DNA of 64,000 nucleotides from Longimicrobiales bacterium (GCA_041690395.1 JAWLHJ010000007.1:96001-160000), one strand, 5' to 3'. Counted from the stretch's first letter, positions 37,087 through 46,949 are shown. Notes: generated from the sequence alone by a model not told the origin. Made by a program: numbers and translations.

Positions 37087-38588
37087 TGTTCGGAGCGCGC
37101 CGCTGTCTTGGGTTGAGCCTCGTCCTCCTGGGAGGAGGATGTGAATCCGTGGGGCCGGAAGCCCCGCCCCCCTCGCCGAGCGTCATCGTGTCGGTAGCTC
37201 CGACGTACGCCGAGATCCTGGAGGACGTGCGGGACGTCCGGCTCGTTGTGAAGACCCCCACCGGCATCGAGAGGGACACGGTACTGACGCCCCGCGCAAC
37301 TGCGGCGGGGCCGCGGATCCGTGCCGTGTTGCGCCCGGACGAAGGGGCCGTCGGAACGCGTATCGGGCTCGAGCTTCGGCACGCCAGCCGCGAAGCCATC
37401 TTCGTGGGCGAGACGATCGTATCGCCCGAAACAGGCTGGCCATTTGCAGCCGAGCTTCTCATACACCCCGTGGCCACTCTGGACGTCGGCGAGGAACGGC
37501 TGCTCCCGGTCGGAGAAGCCATCACGCTATCGGCGCAACGCTTTATCGTGTTCCTTCACGGTGCCACAGCGGCCGCCGCCGACATCGTCTGGAAAACGTC
37601 CGATCCGGGAGTCATCCGAGTAAGCGGAGATCGCGCGGAGGCTGTGGCGCCCGGCCGTGCGGAGCTCTGGGCGTCCTGGCGAGAGCAGAGCGACACCATG
37701 GAAGTCAGGGTCTTCCCGACGGGAACGATCGTCGTCTCCGACACCCTCCGCACGTACTTCCTCCGATCCACCGAAATACTCTCGGATACGTTCACCGTCT
37801 CCAACGAGGTCGTGGGCGACGTGGGATCCATCGAGGCGACCGTGGACACCGGGGCATTTCCCTGGCTGTCCGCGACGCTGGATGTGGACTCACCTCCTGC
37901 GGAGCTGAGGGTGGAGATCGAGGGCTCGCTGTTGCCCGAGGGCGCGCCGCCGGGTGAAGTCGTCGTCTCTTCGGTCCACGAGGGCGTCGCACCCGTCGTC
38001 GTTGGTATCGACGCCCGGCGAGATCCGGCGGACGCGGAGGAAGTGACTTGGAGCCCACTCTGTCTCATCGGAGACTCGCTTGCCGTGCCGCAGCCCGGAA
38101 AGGTCGGTTGTGCTGACCTCCGGGCCAGGGCCTGGCCCTCGGGCGACGGCCTCCATGTGGTTCTCGAGGTCCAGAACCTCCTCGGGACGCGGCGAGACAG
38201 CCTCGACACGTGGGAGCAGTTCGACATCGAGGGCTTCGGCGTCACGTTGGCCAGCGCGACAGAAGCCGTTGATCTGTTGGTCGTCAGGCCGAGCGGGTCC
38301 GTGGACGTGAGCGGACTCCCGTCCTTTTCGCAGGTGACCACCTTCGAAGACCAACTCCGTCTCCGGGGCGGGCCCACGAGCGCGATCGTAGGCTGCTCTG
38401 CGCCAGGGCGCGCCAGCAGCACTTTCGGCACCTGTGACGGGTCGGGCTTCACAGGGCATGTGCGAGCGGATTTTCACGTCACCGCTCCGGCCGCGACGCT
38501 CGTGGGAGCCTCCGCGACTCTCCAGATACTCTATCCCGGGGGGAGTCTAGGCTGCGGATCGGGATTGGGTGTCTGTGTGGTGCCGTAG
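37086..38588 (+). CDS. Lipoprotein with Ig-like (Big_2) and BACON-like domains and a Cys-containing C-terminal domain
   Basis: Lipobox GGGC; IVWKTSDPGVIRV...AVAPGRA; PWLSAT; TGATG overlap sets the start at 37086. Confidence 0.65.
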   Translation: MFGARRCLGLSLVLLGGGCESVGPEAPPPSPSVIVSVAPTYAEILEDVRDVRLVVKTPTGIERDTVLTPRATAAGPRIRAVLRPDEGAVGTRIGLELRHASREAIFVGETIVSPETGWPFAAELLIHPVATLDVGEERLLPVGEAITLSAQRFIVFLHGATAAAADIVWKTSDPGVIRVSGDRAEAVAPGRAELWASWREQSDTMEVRVFPTGTIVVSDTLRTYFLRSTEILSDTFTVSNEVVGDVGSIEATVDTGAFPWLSATLDVDSPPAELRVEIEGSLLPEGAPPGEVVVSSVHEGVAPVVVGIDARRDPADAEEVTWSPLCLIGDSLAVPQPGKVGCADLRARAWPSGDGLHVVLEVQNLLGTRRDSLDTWEQFDIEGFGVTLASATEAVDLLVVRPSGSVDVSGLPSFSQVTTFEDQLRLRGGPTSAIVGCSAPGRASSTFGTCDGSGFTGHVRADFHVTAPAATLVGASATLQILYPGGSLGCGSGLGVCVVP

Positions 38589-38590
38589 CG

Positions 38591-38626
38591 TTCGGGGGCC
38601 GCCCGATCCTCCGGACGACCCCCGAA
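38591..38626. terminator. Hairpin between convergent genes
   Basis: ttcggggg ... cccccgaa stem directly after the stop at 38588. Confidence 0.4.
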
Positions 38627-38659
38627 TCTCTCTACCGCTGGCCCAGGGCCTCTAGCGCC

Positions 38660-39451
38660 TCACAGCTCCGAGCACTGGCCTTCCTTCTCTTCGGCCAAGT
38701 TGCCGCTGCCCGTCGGTGCAGGCTCGTTCTCTCCGCACTGCAGCGTCTGCTCGATGCGGTTGTCCACGAGGGTCACGCCCCCGGTGTTCTTGAAGGCCTG
38801 GAGGTTGCCGCGCACGTCGGTGCGGAAGGCGGTGAGCGCGCTCCAGTTCTCCTGCAGCTGCAGGTCGCCTTCGACCCAGCTGTCCTCGACGGTTGCAGAC
38901 GCCGCCTTCTGGACCTGGAGATTCCCGCCGATCACCGTGCCGTAGACCTCGAGCGATGCGCCGCCCTCTTCGACCTGGAGGTCGCCGTCGATGACGCTGT
39001 CGTCGATCCAGGCGAGGGCCTGGCGCTTCACCTGGATGTTGCCGCCCACGAACGTCCGCTGGCTTGTCCTGACCTCGTGAGCGTCCTCTGCCTGGATGTT
39101 GCCTTCGATGTGGGCGCCGATGGCGTCGAGCGTCGCGCCGTCCCCGACGATCACGTTCCCGTCGACCCGGGTGCCGTCGAGCACGCAAGTCGCACCGTCG
39201 GGCACCTGGACGTCATCGACGTCGACGGCCCCGATCGTGCCGTCGCACCCGTCGGCCTGGGTCGCCTGGGCGGTCGAGCCGTTCCCGTTCTCGCCGCCGT
39301 CCAGGGCCAGGGCTCCGGAGGCCGCCGGGTCGAGGTCGACGGGCGTGGCGCCGTCGCAGCCGGTGAGCGCGAACAGGGTGAGTGCGGCGACGCCCACGGC
39401 TCCGAGGAGCCTGGATCGGGAGTTCGATACTCGGTTTGGGAGGGAAGACAT
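38660..39451 (-). CDS. Lipoprotein with beta-helix-like repeats
   Basis: Lipobox LTGC; repeated xVxGNxQx units; paired Cys at both ends. Confidence 0.7.
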   Translation of the reverse strand: MSSLPNRVSNSRSRLLGAVGVAALTLFALTGCDGATPVDLDPAASGALALDGGENGNGSTAQATQADGCDGTIGAVDVDDVQVPDGATCVLDGTRVDGNVIVGDGATLDAIGAHIEGNIQAEDAHEVRTSQRTFVGGNIQVKRQALAWIDDSVIDGDLQVEEGGASLEVYGTVIGGNLQVQKAASATVEDSWVEGDLQLQENWSALTAFRTDVRGNLQAFKNTGGVTLVDNRIEQTLQCGENEPAPTGSGNLAEEKEGQCSEL

Positions 39452-39503
39452 GGGGGAGTGACTCCGGATGTCGAAGTGCGTGTGACGAACACGATCCGGG
39501 TAT

Positions 39504-39519
39504 CGCAAGGCGTGGGCCG
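39504..39519 (-). promoter_or_regulatory. Candidate sigma-54 promoter
   Basis: Minus strand CGGCCCACGCCTTGCG has exact GG-N10-GC spacing, about 50 bp upstream of ATG 39451, with an AT-rich tract further upstream (39540-39595). Confidence 0.4.
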
Positions 39520-39671
39520 GTCGTGTGGGTTCTGCGATGGAATCAAATAACCGCAATCATTGAAAGTGGTAAGCGACGACGATATAAAGCTGTTTCGAGG
39601 TCCGTGGATGTCATGGTGCGCCCCGAAACGGTGCCGCCCGCTCTCGGCTTGGTGTGATCCGGTGCGGCCGA

Positions 39672-40046
39672 CTACTCCGTGGGCGGCCGCTCCAGCCACT
39701 CCGTCTCGCCACCCAGATTGATCGCGAGATGGGCGCCACCCGTCTCCACCGGGGCCCCGTGCCAGTGCTCCTCGCCGGGCTCGACCACCACGACATCGCC
39801 TTCCCCGAGGGTGACCCGCGTGCCGTCACGGGTCTCGACGACGCACCGCCCCGACAGCCCGACCAGAACCTGCGGCCCGTCGTGTCGGTGCCAGTTCATC
39901 CGGGCCCCGGGCTCGAACGCGACCCGGTACATGCGCATGGGAGGGTCGTCGTCGCGGCCGAGAAGCGCCTGGGTGGTCGCGGACAGCACGAAGGTGTCGG
40001 GGTCTGCTTGGCGGGTGGGCCGGCTCGATGCGGGGATGTGCTTCAT
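39672..40046 (-). CDS. Cupin domain protein
   Basis: FEPGARMNWHRHDGPQVL...GDVVVVEPGEEHWHGA; GAGGAG SD. Confidence 0.88.
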   Translation of the reverse strand: MKHIPASSRPTRQADPDTFVLSATTQALLGRDDDPPMRMYRVAFEPGARMNWHRHDGPQVLVGLSGRCVVETRDGTRVTLGEGDVVVVEPGEEHWHGAPVETGGAHLAINLGGETEWLERPPTE

Positions 40047-40110
40047 GCGGACTCCTCGGGCGGCGGCTGGGTGAGTGCCCATACCTTGCCAGGGACCCGG
40101 CTCGCGCGCC

Positions 40111-41631
40111 ATGGTTCGGCTCCACGTACGGCCCTCCCGGCGCTCGCCGGACAGCCACGGCGGTGATCTTCTGACTCCTCTTCCGAGACCCCTCGGCCCG
40201 GGGCTCCCCCCGGTGTGGATCCTCGTCGCGGCCGGCGTGGTGATCGTCTCGGGGATCGCTTGGTTCGTGTTCGGCACGAGGGCGGGCTTCCTCGAGCCTC
40301 CGGCGCCGGAGGTGGCGGCGGAAGACACGGTGCCACCCGTCCTCGCGCCAAGCTCCCTGGCCGCGCCCCTCGGGATCCCGCTACCCAGACTGGTGGCGCT
40401 CGTGAACGAGGCGGTCCCGACGACGTTCGGAAGCCTGGACGAGCGCCGCGAGCTCCCCGACCGGGACCGGACCGAGCTCGCGTTCGCCCTCGAGCGCTCA
40501 CCCCTGACCGCGCGCATGGTGGACTCCGTGGCGCGGGTGGAAGGGGTCATCGAGTACGCGCTCACCGCCTACTACGACCCGCCGATCCTGCCGGAGGTGA
40601 GCGGGTCGTGCGGTACCGACGACGACCAGAGACGCCGACTGGCCGTGGTCATCGAGGCACCGCTGAGCCTCTCGGAGGCGTGGCGGCTCGACACCCGGTC
40701 GCGACTGGTCAGTGTCCGGCCACCCACGGAAGATGACCGCGACCGGTGCCGGGTCACGTTCCTCGGCATCGACCTCACCGACCGCGTAGTCGATGGAGCG
40801 ACCGCCTTCCTCGAGGAACAGGAGCGCACGGTCGACTCCATCGCGGCATCCGTCGACCTCCGACCGTCGTTCGAAGGATGGTGGGAGACGTTGCGCGACC
40901 CCGTGGAGCTGGCCGACTCCGTGTGGCTCGTGCTCGGCCCGGAGGCGATCCGGAGGGGCACGCCCCGGGGCTCGGGCGACTCGCTCTGGGTCGACCTCGC
41001 CCTGGAGGCGCGGCCCAGGGTCGTCGTGGGCCCGAGGCCGGAGTCGGACGACACTCCACTCCCGGCCTTGACCGCTGGGGAAGTCACGCCGGGTCTCGAC
41101 CTGGTCGTGGAGGGGCGCGTCGACTACGGCACGGCCAGCCGCATGCTCCTCGACGAGCTGGCCGGCGTGGAGGTGGAGCACGAGGGCCGCACGGTGACGG
41201 TCGATGAGCTCCGCGTGTTCGGCATCGGCCGTGGGCGCGTGGCGCTCGACGTGGTGGTCACCGGCGACCTCTCCGCTCGGCTCTACTTCACCGGCACCCC
41301 GGTCCTCGACTCCGCGACCCAGGTGATCTCCGTGCCGGACCTCGACTTCGACGTCGCCACCCAGGACGTCGTGGTGGCCGCCGCGTCGTGGATCCAGCAG
41401 GTCGGGCTTCGCCGGGTTCTCCGGGAGCGCGCGCAGTGGCCCGCCGCACCCGCCACCGAGTGGCTGTCGACCTGGCTCGACAGGGGCATCAACCGCGAGA
41501 TCTCGGACGATCTCCGGGTGGAGGGCACGGTCCTCTCGGTCACGCCGCAGTCCGTGTACGCGCTGCGCGATCACATGGTGGTGCGGGTCGCGGCGCGGGC
41601 GGATGCGCGGGTGTTCGTGAGGGAGCGGTAG
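40111..41631 (+). CDS. DUF4403-like membrane-anchored protein
   Basis: N-terminal TM helix; LYFTGTPVLD...VPDLDFDVAT pattern; start uncertain. Confidence 0.65.
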   Translation: MVRLHVRPSRRSPDSHGGDLLTPLPRPLGPGLPPVWILVAAGVVIVSGIAWFVFGTRAGFLEPPAPEVAAEDTVPPVLAPSSLAAPLGIPLPRLVALVNEAVPTTFGSLDERRELPDRDRTELAFALERSPLTARMVDSVARVEGVIEYALTAYYDPPILPEVSGSCGTDDDQRRRLAVVIEAPLSLSEAWRLDTRSRLVSVRPPTEDDRDRCRVTFLGIDLTDRVVDGATAFLEEQERTVDSIAASVDLRPSFEGWWETLRDPVELADSVWLVLGPEAIRRGTPRGSGDSLWVDLALEARPRVVVGPRPESDDTPLPALTAGEVTPGLDLVVEGRVDYGTASRMLLDELAGVEVEHEGRTVTVDELRVFGIGRGRVALDVVVTGDLSARLYFTGTPVLDSATQVISVPDLDFDVATQDVVVAAASWIQQVGLRRVLRERAQWPAAPATEWLSTWLDRGINREISDDLRVEGTVLSVTPQSVYALRDHMVVRVAARADARVFVRER

Positions 41632-41638
41632 CGCCCCT

Positions 41639-43840
41639 TTATCCACCCTGATGCGTCCAGATGAACAGGACACCTCCGGAGGAACCCGTCCCGAATCGCG
41701 CGCCTGCCTCTGACGGACGCAGGTACGCCATCGCCGCGATCTGATCCGGAGACAGGATCGCGACCCGGCCGCCGGCGGCTTCGGGCGGGATCGTCACGCC
41801 GTCGATGACGACGAGGGCGCACTGCTGCGTCGGTCCCTCGGCGCCGGATTGCCTCGTATACCGCGTCGAATACACGCACGGAGTTCCGCCGTCGAGGCGG
41901 GTCACCCGCACGTTGGGGATGTTCCTGATCCGGATCAGATCGACGGCGTCCTGCGCGCGCGCCATGTCCTCCTCGAAGTCCTCCCGGCTCATGAATCGCC
42001 GACCGAGCTCGTTCGTACGTACGCCGACCTCGTTCAGGAGCTCCGAGCGTGCGCGCTCCACGGCGACGGTGATGGGCGTCAGCTCGTAGACGGGGGTGCC
42101 GGTCTCCGCGCTCGGCGGCGTGAGATCGAGGGTCGCGATGCGTCGACCCCGCACGCTCGCCGTTCGGGGCGCCCCCTCCAGCGCGCCGCCGGGTGTCAGG
42201 GCCACCGCCTGCACCTCGAGGGGCACGTCGGAGGGGAGCCCGCACGCGATCCAGCGGCCGTCGGGGGCGACGGGGACTTCGTTCACGATGGTGCTCTGGC
42301 GGATCGAGAAGCTCCCGCCGGACGTCGAGACATCGTCCGTCGACGCCCAGGAAATGCGCACCGCCCGCGCCGGAGGCCGAGCGCCCGCTACCACGACCTC
42401 CGCGGGGAGCCTGCCGCGCAGCACGCCCCGCCCGCGTTCTGTCAGCGGATCACGGCATTGCTCCATGACGAGATCGGCGACGGCGGGGAGGGACAGCTCG
42501 AGGACAGCGTCCTGGTCGGGCTCGATGTCGACGTCCGCGTGGCGCGGTGGGAGATCGAGGGAGTCGAGGAGTGGGCTCGTGTACGTGAGCGTATACCGAC
42601 CCTCCGGAATCGACGGGACATCGAACCGGCCCGCCACGTCGGTCTCGTGCTCGACCTGGGTTCCGACGACGGCCACCCGGCCTCCCGCCACTGGCCGGCC
42701 CTCCTCGTCCCGAAGCGTACCGGTCACGCTCCCCGTGGCGGCGAAGGTCGTCGCCGCCCTTCCCGTGGCGCGCACTTCGGTCACCCGGCCCCCCGTCTCG
42801 GACAGCGCGACCACCTCGAAACGTTCGGCGAGCGGCGCACTCCGGAACGGACGGAACAGCTGGCTCTCGACCAGCGGCATGCGGATGTACCAATCCCCCA
42901 CGATCCACGGGCCATCCTCCACCCGGTCGAACACGACGCGCCCCCCGACGTGCTCGGTCTCGATCGACCACGGAAGATTGGTATACGTGAAGTCCAGTCG
43001 CTCCGGGCCGAGATCGTTCCCGTCGATCCAGAGGGTGCCGGCCACGTCGGTCAGCTCGGTGGGCTGCGGGAAGAACCGGATTCCGATCCAATGACCTTCG
43101 CCGTCGCGAGGTGTGTTCCGCACGATGCCGAAGCAGTGCGCATCCTGGAACGAGCGTGACGCGAGCGTCCGCACGTCGGGCGCGAAATAGTCGTAGCCGG
43201 AGTCGGCGTCGCCCTGGACGTATCCACGGGTGGCGAGATCCTCGGCCGGAACGCTGCGGAACGGGCTCTCCCGCTGGAAGGCACGTCGCCGACTGCGGCG
43301 TTCGTCCTCGATGCGCAGGCTCGTGGGCTCGAGCGTGCGGTCCCACCGATCGAAGCGGAACTCGTAGGCGCCCTCCTGCTCGGCCAACGCGGCGGCCCGG
43401 AACGCCTCCGTGACCTCGTTCCAGAGCTCGGCGACCCGGGCGGCGTCGTCCGTGTTCACTCGGCAGCGACGATCGACCGTTGCCGAGAGCCCGTCGAGCT
43501 CGACGGCCTGCGTGCCGAGCTGAAGGTCGACCCGGACCGGCGCGGCGCCGGAGAGGTCCACGACGGTCTCGGCCGGAGCGTACCCGATGTGGTCGGCCCG
43601 AACCGTGTACGTCGCGGCTGCGCCCGGTGTGACCGTGAACCGCCCGTCGGCGTCGGTCAGCGCGGTCGCGACGGGCCGGTCGGCCAGCAGGACCTCGACG
43701 TAGGCCGCGGCGAGTGGTGCGCCGTCGCTCGCGTCCACGACCCGCCCTTGGAGCTGCTGGGTCGCGGCGGGCGAGGCCCACCCCAGCAGGCCCATGGCAA
43801 GTATCGAGAGGGCCGGTAGGAGCTGTCGTCGTCTACCCAT
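41639..43840 (-). CDS. Secreted protein with two carboxypeptidase-regulatory-like domains and a C-terminal TonB-plug-like domain
   Basis: Signal peptide; GRVVDASDGAPL...TDADGRF...HIGYAP; second repeat TDVAGRF; C-terminal VVIDGV...PDQIAA...ARFGTGSSGGVLFIWT. Confidence 0.75.
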   Translation of the reverse strand: MGRRRQLLPALSILAMGLLGWASPAATQQLQGRVVDASDGAPLAAAYVEVLLADRPVATALTDADGRFTVTPGAAATYTVRADHIGYAPAETVVDLSGAAPVRVDLQLGTQAVELDGLSATVDRRCRVNTDDAARVAELWNEVTEAFRAAALAEQEGAYEFRFDRWDRTLEPTSLRIEDERRSRRRAFQRESPFRSVPAEDLATRGYVQGDADSGYDYFAPDVRTLASRSFQDAHCFGIVRNTPRDGEGHWIGIRFFPQPTELTDVAGTLWIDGNDLGPERLDFTYTNLPWSIETEHVGGRVVFDRVEDGPWIVGDWYIRMPLVESQLFRPFRSAPLAERFEVVALSETGGRVTEVRATGRAATTFAATGSVTGTLRDEEGRPVAGGRVAVVGTQVEHETDVAGRFDVPSIPEGRYTLTYTSPLLDSLDLPPRHADVDIEPDQDAVLELSLPAVADLVMEQCRDPLTERGRGVLRGRLPAEVVVAGARPPARAVRISWASTDDVSTSGGSFSIRQSTIVNEVPVAPDGRWIACGLPSDVPLEVQAVALTPGGALEGAPRTASVRGRRIATLDLTPPSAETGTPVYELTPITVAVERARSELLNEVGVRTNELGRRFMSREDFEEDMARAQDAVDLIRIRNIPNVRVTRLDGGTPCVYSTRYTRQSGAEGPTQQCALVVIDGVTIPPEAAGGRVAILSPDQIAAMAYLRPSEAGARFGTGSSGGVLFIWTHQGG

Positions 43841-43910
43841 GCTCTCAGGATACCCCGGCGGGCACATGCGCAACAGCGATCCTCCCATCCCCAGCGGGGT
43901 ATCGCAGCGT

Positions 43911-46730
43911 ATGACCCTACAAAAGAAGCCTCTCGCCATCGCGGGCGCCGTTCTCGGTGTCCTGATCCTCGCGCTCGTCCTGCTCCCGCTCCTCTTCAAG
44001 GACCGCATCGCGGCGCGCGTTCAGGCTGAAGTCGACCAGGCCGTCGACGCCGACGTGTCGTGGGGAGACGTCGAGCTGTCGTTCCTGCGCACCTTCCCGA
44101 GCTTCACCCTCGGACTGCGCGACCTGAGCGTGGTCGGGGTGGACCGGTTCCAGGGCGATACCCTGGCCGCCATGGACCGCCTGCGGGTCTCCATGACCCT
44201 CGGGAGCGTGATCCGGAGCCTGCGCGGTGCGGGGCCCCTCGAGGTGAGCTCGGTGCGGATGGAGTCGTCGCTCCTGCAGCTCCGGGTGCCGGGTGAAGGT
44301 GGACCGAGTTGGGATGTGTTCCGGGCGGGTGATGACGAGGGGGCCCCCGACGGTGGTCCCGGGGATGGCGCCGGGGACGGAGCTGGCCTCTCGGTCCAGC
44401 TCCGCTCCTTCGAGCTCACCGACGGCCGCGTGCTATTCGACAATACGAGGAGCGGCGTGCTGCTGTCGCTCGAAGGGCTTCGCCACACGCTGAGCGGGGA
44501 CTTCTCGCGCGACAGCCTGGTGGCGAGCACCACAACCCACGCGGACCGGGCCACCCTCGAGTTCGCGGGCACGCCGTACCTGCCGGGGGTCGAGGTCGAC
44601 TTCGACGCCGACCTGTCCGTGGATCTCGCCGAGGGCCGGGTCGCGTTGCGCGACAACGAGCTGCGGCTGAACGAGCTCCTGGTGCGCTTCGCCGGGGAGG
44701 TGGCCCGGGAAGGCGAGGATCTCGCGCTCGACCTGACGTTCGAGGCGCCCGGCACCGACTTCCGGGAGATCCTTTCGATTGTGCCTGCCGTTTACGCGCA
44801 GGACTTCCAGTCCCTCGAGACGTCGGGGCGCTTCTCCTTCGCCGGGAGCGTCACCGGGCGCTACGGCCCCGAGGCGTTCCCTGCGTTCTCGGTGAGCGCG
44901 AACGTCGAGGACGGCTCGTTCCGGTATCCCGATCTCCCGCAGCCGGCGCGCGCCATCTCCGCCGACCTCGCCATCGACAACCCCGGCGGCGACGTGGACA
45001 GCACAGTCGTGCGCCTCTCCCGTTTCCACATCGAGATCGGCGACCAGCCCATCGATGCGGTCGTGACCGTGCGGACCCCGGCCAGCGACCCGGACGTCGA
45101 CGCGACCGTCCGCGGGACTCTGGACCTCGACGCCCTGTCGCGAACCGTCAAGCTCGAGAACGTCGAGGAGCTGAGCGGGATCGTGACCGCAGACGCCACG
45201 GCCCGGGCCCGTCGCTCGGACCTGGACAGCGCCCGGTACGAGCGGGTGGCCGCCGAGGGGAGCGTCACCGCCCGCGACCTGACCCTGAGCTCGCCCGACC
45301 TCCGCCAGCCCGTCTCCGTCGAGGAGATGGCGATCGCGCTCTCCCCGGAGCGATCCGAGCTGAACACGTTCCGCGCGACCCTCGGAAGCAGCGACCTCGA
45401 CGCGACCGGAAGCATCGAGAACCTGCTCGGGTTCCTCATGCGCGACGAGCCGCTCCGCGGCGCCGGCACCTTCCACAGCGACCGCTTCGTGCTCGACGAG
45501 TGGAAGTCGGGCAACGAGCTCGAGGCGATTCCCGTGCCCGGCATGCTCGATCTCGCCCTCGACGGCACCGTGGACGAGCTCGTCTACGAGGATCTCGAGA
45601 TGACGGACGCGAGCGGCTCGCTCCAGATCCGTGATCAGCGTCTCACACTCGACGGGTTCGGATTCTCCACCCTCGGCGGACGGATCGCGATGAGTGGGCA
45701 CTACGAGACGCTCGATATCGAGCGGCCGACGTTCGGGCTCGACCTGGGCATCGACAGCCTCGACGTGGCGGGGGCCGCCGAAGCGTTCCTGACCGTGCGG
45801 AGCCTCGCGCCCGTGGCCCGCTACGCCCAGGGCACGTTCTCGTCGGATCTGAGCCTGGACGGCGCGCTCTCACGGAACATGACACCCGTGCTCGACCTGC
45901 TCGACGGGACCGGATCGTTGCTCACCTCCCGGATCTCCATCGAGGGATTCCCGATGCTCGAGCGGCTGGCCGAGCTCGTGCCCGTTCCGGGGATCGATCA
46001 TCCGACCTTCAGCGCCCTGCGCTCGAGCATCCGCATCGAGGACGGACGCCTTCACGTCGAGCCGTTCGACGTGAGCGCCGCCGGTCTCACCATGACCGTC
46101 GACGGATCCAACGGAATCGACCAGTCCCTCGACTACCGACTGGCGCTCGCGGTGCCCAGGAACCTGCTCGGGAGCGGCGCGGACCGGCTCATTGGGGATC
46201 TCGTGTCGCGCGCGGGGCGGGCCGGCCTGAGCTTCTCACCCGACGAGACGGTCCCGGTCACCGTACGGGTCGGAGGCACGGTGTCGGAGCCGGGGCTCGA
46301 CCTGGCCCTCGGCGATCCCGCGGGAACGGTCCGCTCGGCGGTGGAGGACGCGGCGGGGGCGGCCGTGGACCGCGAGGTCGAGGAGGTCCGGGAGCGCGTT
46401 GACGCGGCCGAGGAGGAAGCGCGGCAGAGGGCGCAAGCGCGGGCCGATAGCCTGGTGGCGGATGCCGAGCGGCGCGCCGAGACGATCCGGGCCGAGGCGC
46501 GGCGGCTGGCGGTGCAGGTGCGGGCGGAGGGGAACCGCGGCGCCGAAGAGGTCCTGGCGCAGGCGAGCAACCCCATCGCCAGGGCGGCCGCCCAGCCGGT
46601 CGCCGACCGGATCCGGCGGGAAGCCGAGGAGCGCGCGGCCCAGATCGAGGCCGAGGCCGACGAGCGCGCGGATGCGCTGGTGGCCGAGGCGCGGGAGCAG
46701 GCGGAGCGGATTCGCGGGGGCGGCGGTTAG
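43911..46730 (+). CDS. AsmA-like protein with a C-terminal coiled coil
   Basis: N-terminal TM (ILALVLLPLLFKDRI), long beta-rich body, GSNGIDQSLDY, A/E/R-rich helical tail. Confidence 0.8.
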   Translation: MTLQKKPLAIAGAVLGVLILALVLLPLLFKDRIAARVQAEVDQAVDADVSWGDVELSFLRTFPSFTLGLRDLSVVGVDRFQGDTLAAMDRLRVSMTLGSVIRSLRGAGPLEVSSVRMESSLLQLRVPGEGGPSWDVFRAGDDEGAPDGGPGDGAGDGAGLSVQLRSFELTDGRVLFDNTRSGVLLSLEGLRHTLSGDFSRDSLVASTTTHADRATLEFAGTPYLPGVEVDFDADLSVDLAEGRVALRDNELRLNELLVRFAGEVAREGEDLALDLTFEAPGTDFREILSIVPAVYAQDFQSLETSGRFSFAGSVTGRYGPEAFPAFSVSANVEDGSFRYPDLPQPARAISADLAIDNPGGDVDSTVVRLSRFHIEIGDQPIDAVVTVRTPASDPDVDATVRGTLDLDALSRTVKLENVEELSGIVTADATARARRSDLDSARYERVAAEGSVTARDLTLSSPDLRQPVSVEEMAIALSPERSELNTFRATLGSSDLDATGSIENLLGFLMRDEPLRGAGTFHSDRFVLDEWKSGNELEAIPVPGMLDLALDGTVDELVYEDLEMTDASGSLQIRDQRLTLDGFGFSTLGGRIAMSGHYETLDIERPTFGLDLGIDSLDVAGAAEAFLTVRSLAPVARYAQGTFSSDLSLDGALSRNMTPVLDLLDGTGSLLTSRISIEGFPMLERLAELVPVPGIDHPTFSALRSSIRIEDGRLHVEPFDVSAAGLTMTVDGSNGIDQSLDYRLALAVPRNLLGSGADRLIGDLVSRAGRAGLSFSPDETVPVTVRVGGTVSEPGLDLALGDPAGTVRSAVEDAAGAAVDREVEEVRERVDAAEEEARQRAQARADSLVADAERRAETIRAEARRLAVQVRAEGNRGAEEVLAQASNPIARAAAQPVADRIRREAEERAAQIEAEADERADALVAEAREQAERIRGGGG

Positions 46731-46788
46731 ATCGCCGAGTGCCTATATGGGTCCGGGGGCCAGGGAGATGTGTATCTCGTTTTGTCTC

Positions 46789-46936
46789 GTTCGAAGTCGT
46801 TCGAGGTTCGAACGATCGCTACCGTGACGCCAACCACCATGTCGTCTCCGAAACGCCCGAACGGCGCGGCGAAACGCCGGGAGCCTACTGACAGGAGATC
46901 GTCTCGGATCGTTCGACTTTCGAACGACTTTCGAAC
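46789..46936. repeat. Element with ~30-bp terminal inverted repeats rich in TTCGAA
   Basis: gttcgaagtcgttcgaggttcgaacgatc (46789-46817) versus the reverse complement of 46907-46936: one gap, three mismatches. Confidence 0.75.
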
Positions 46937-46949
46937 ATGGAGCAGGCGA

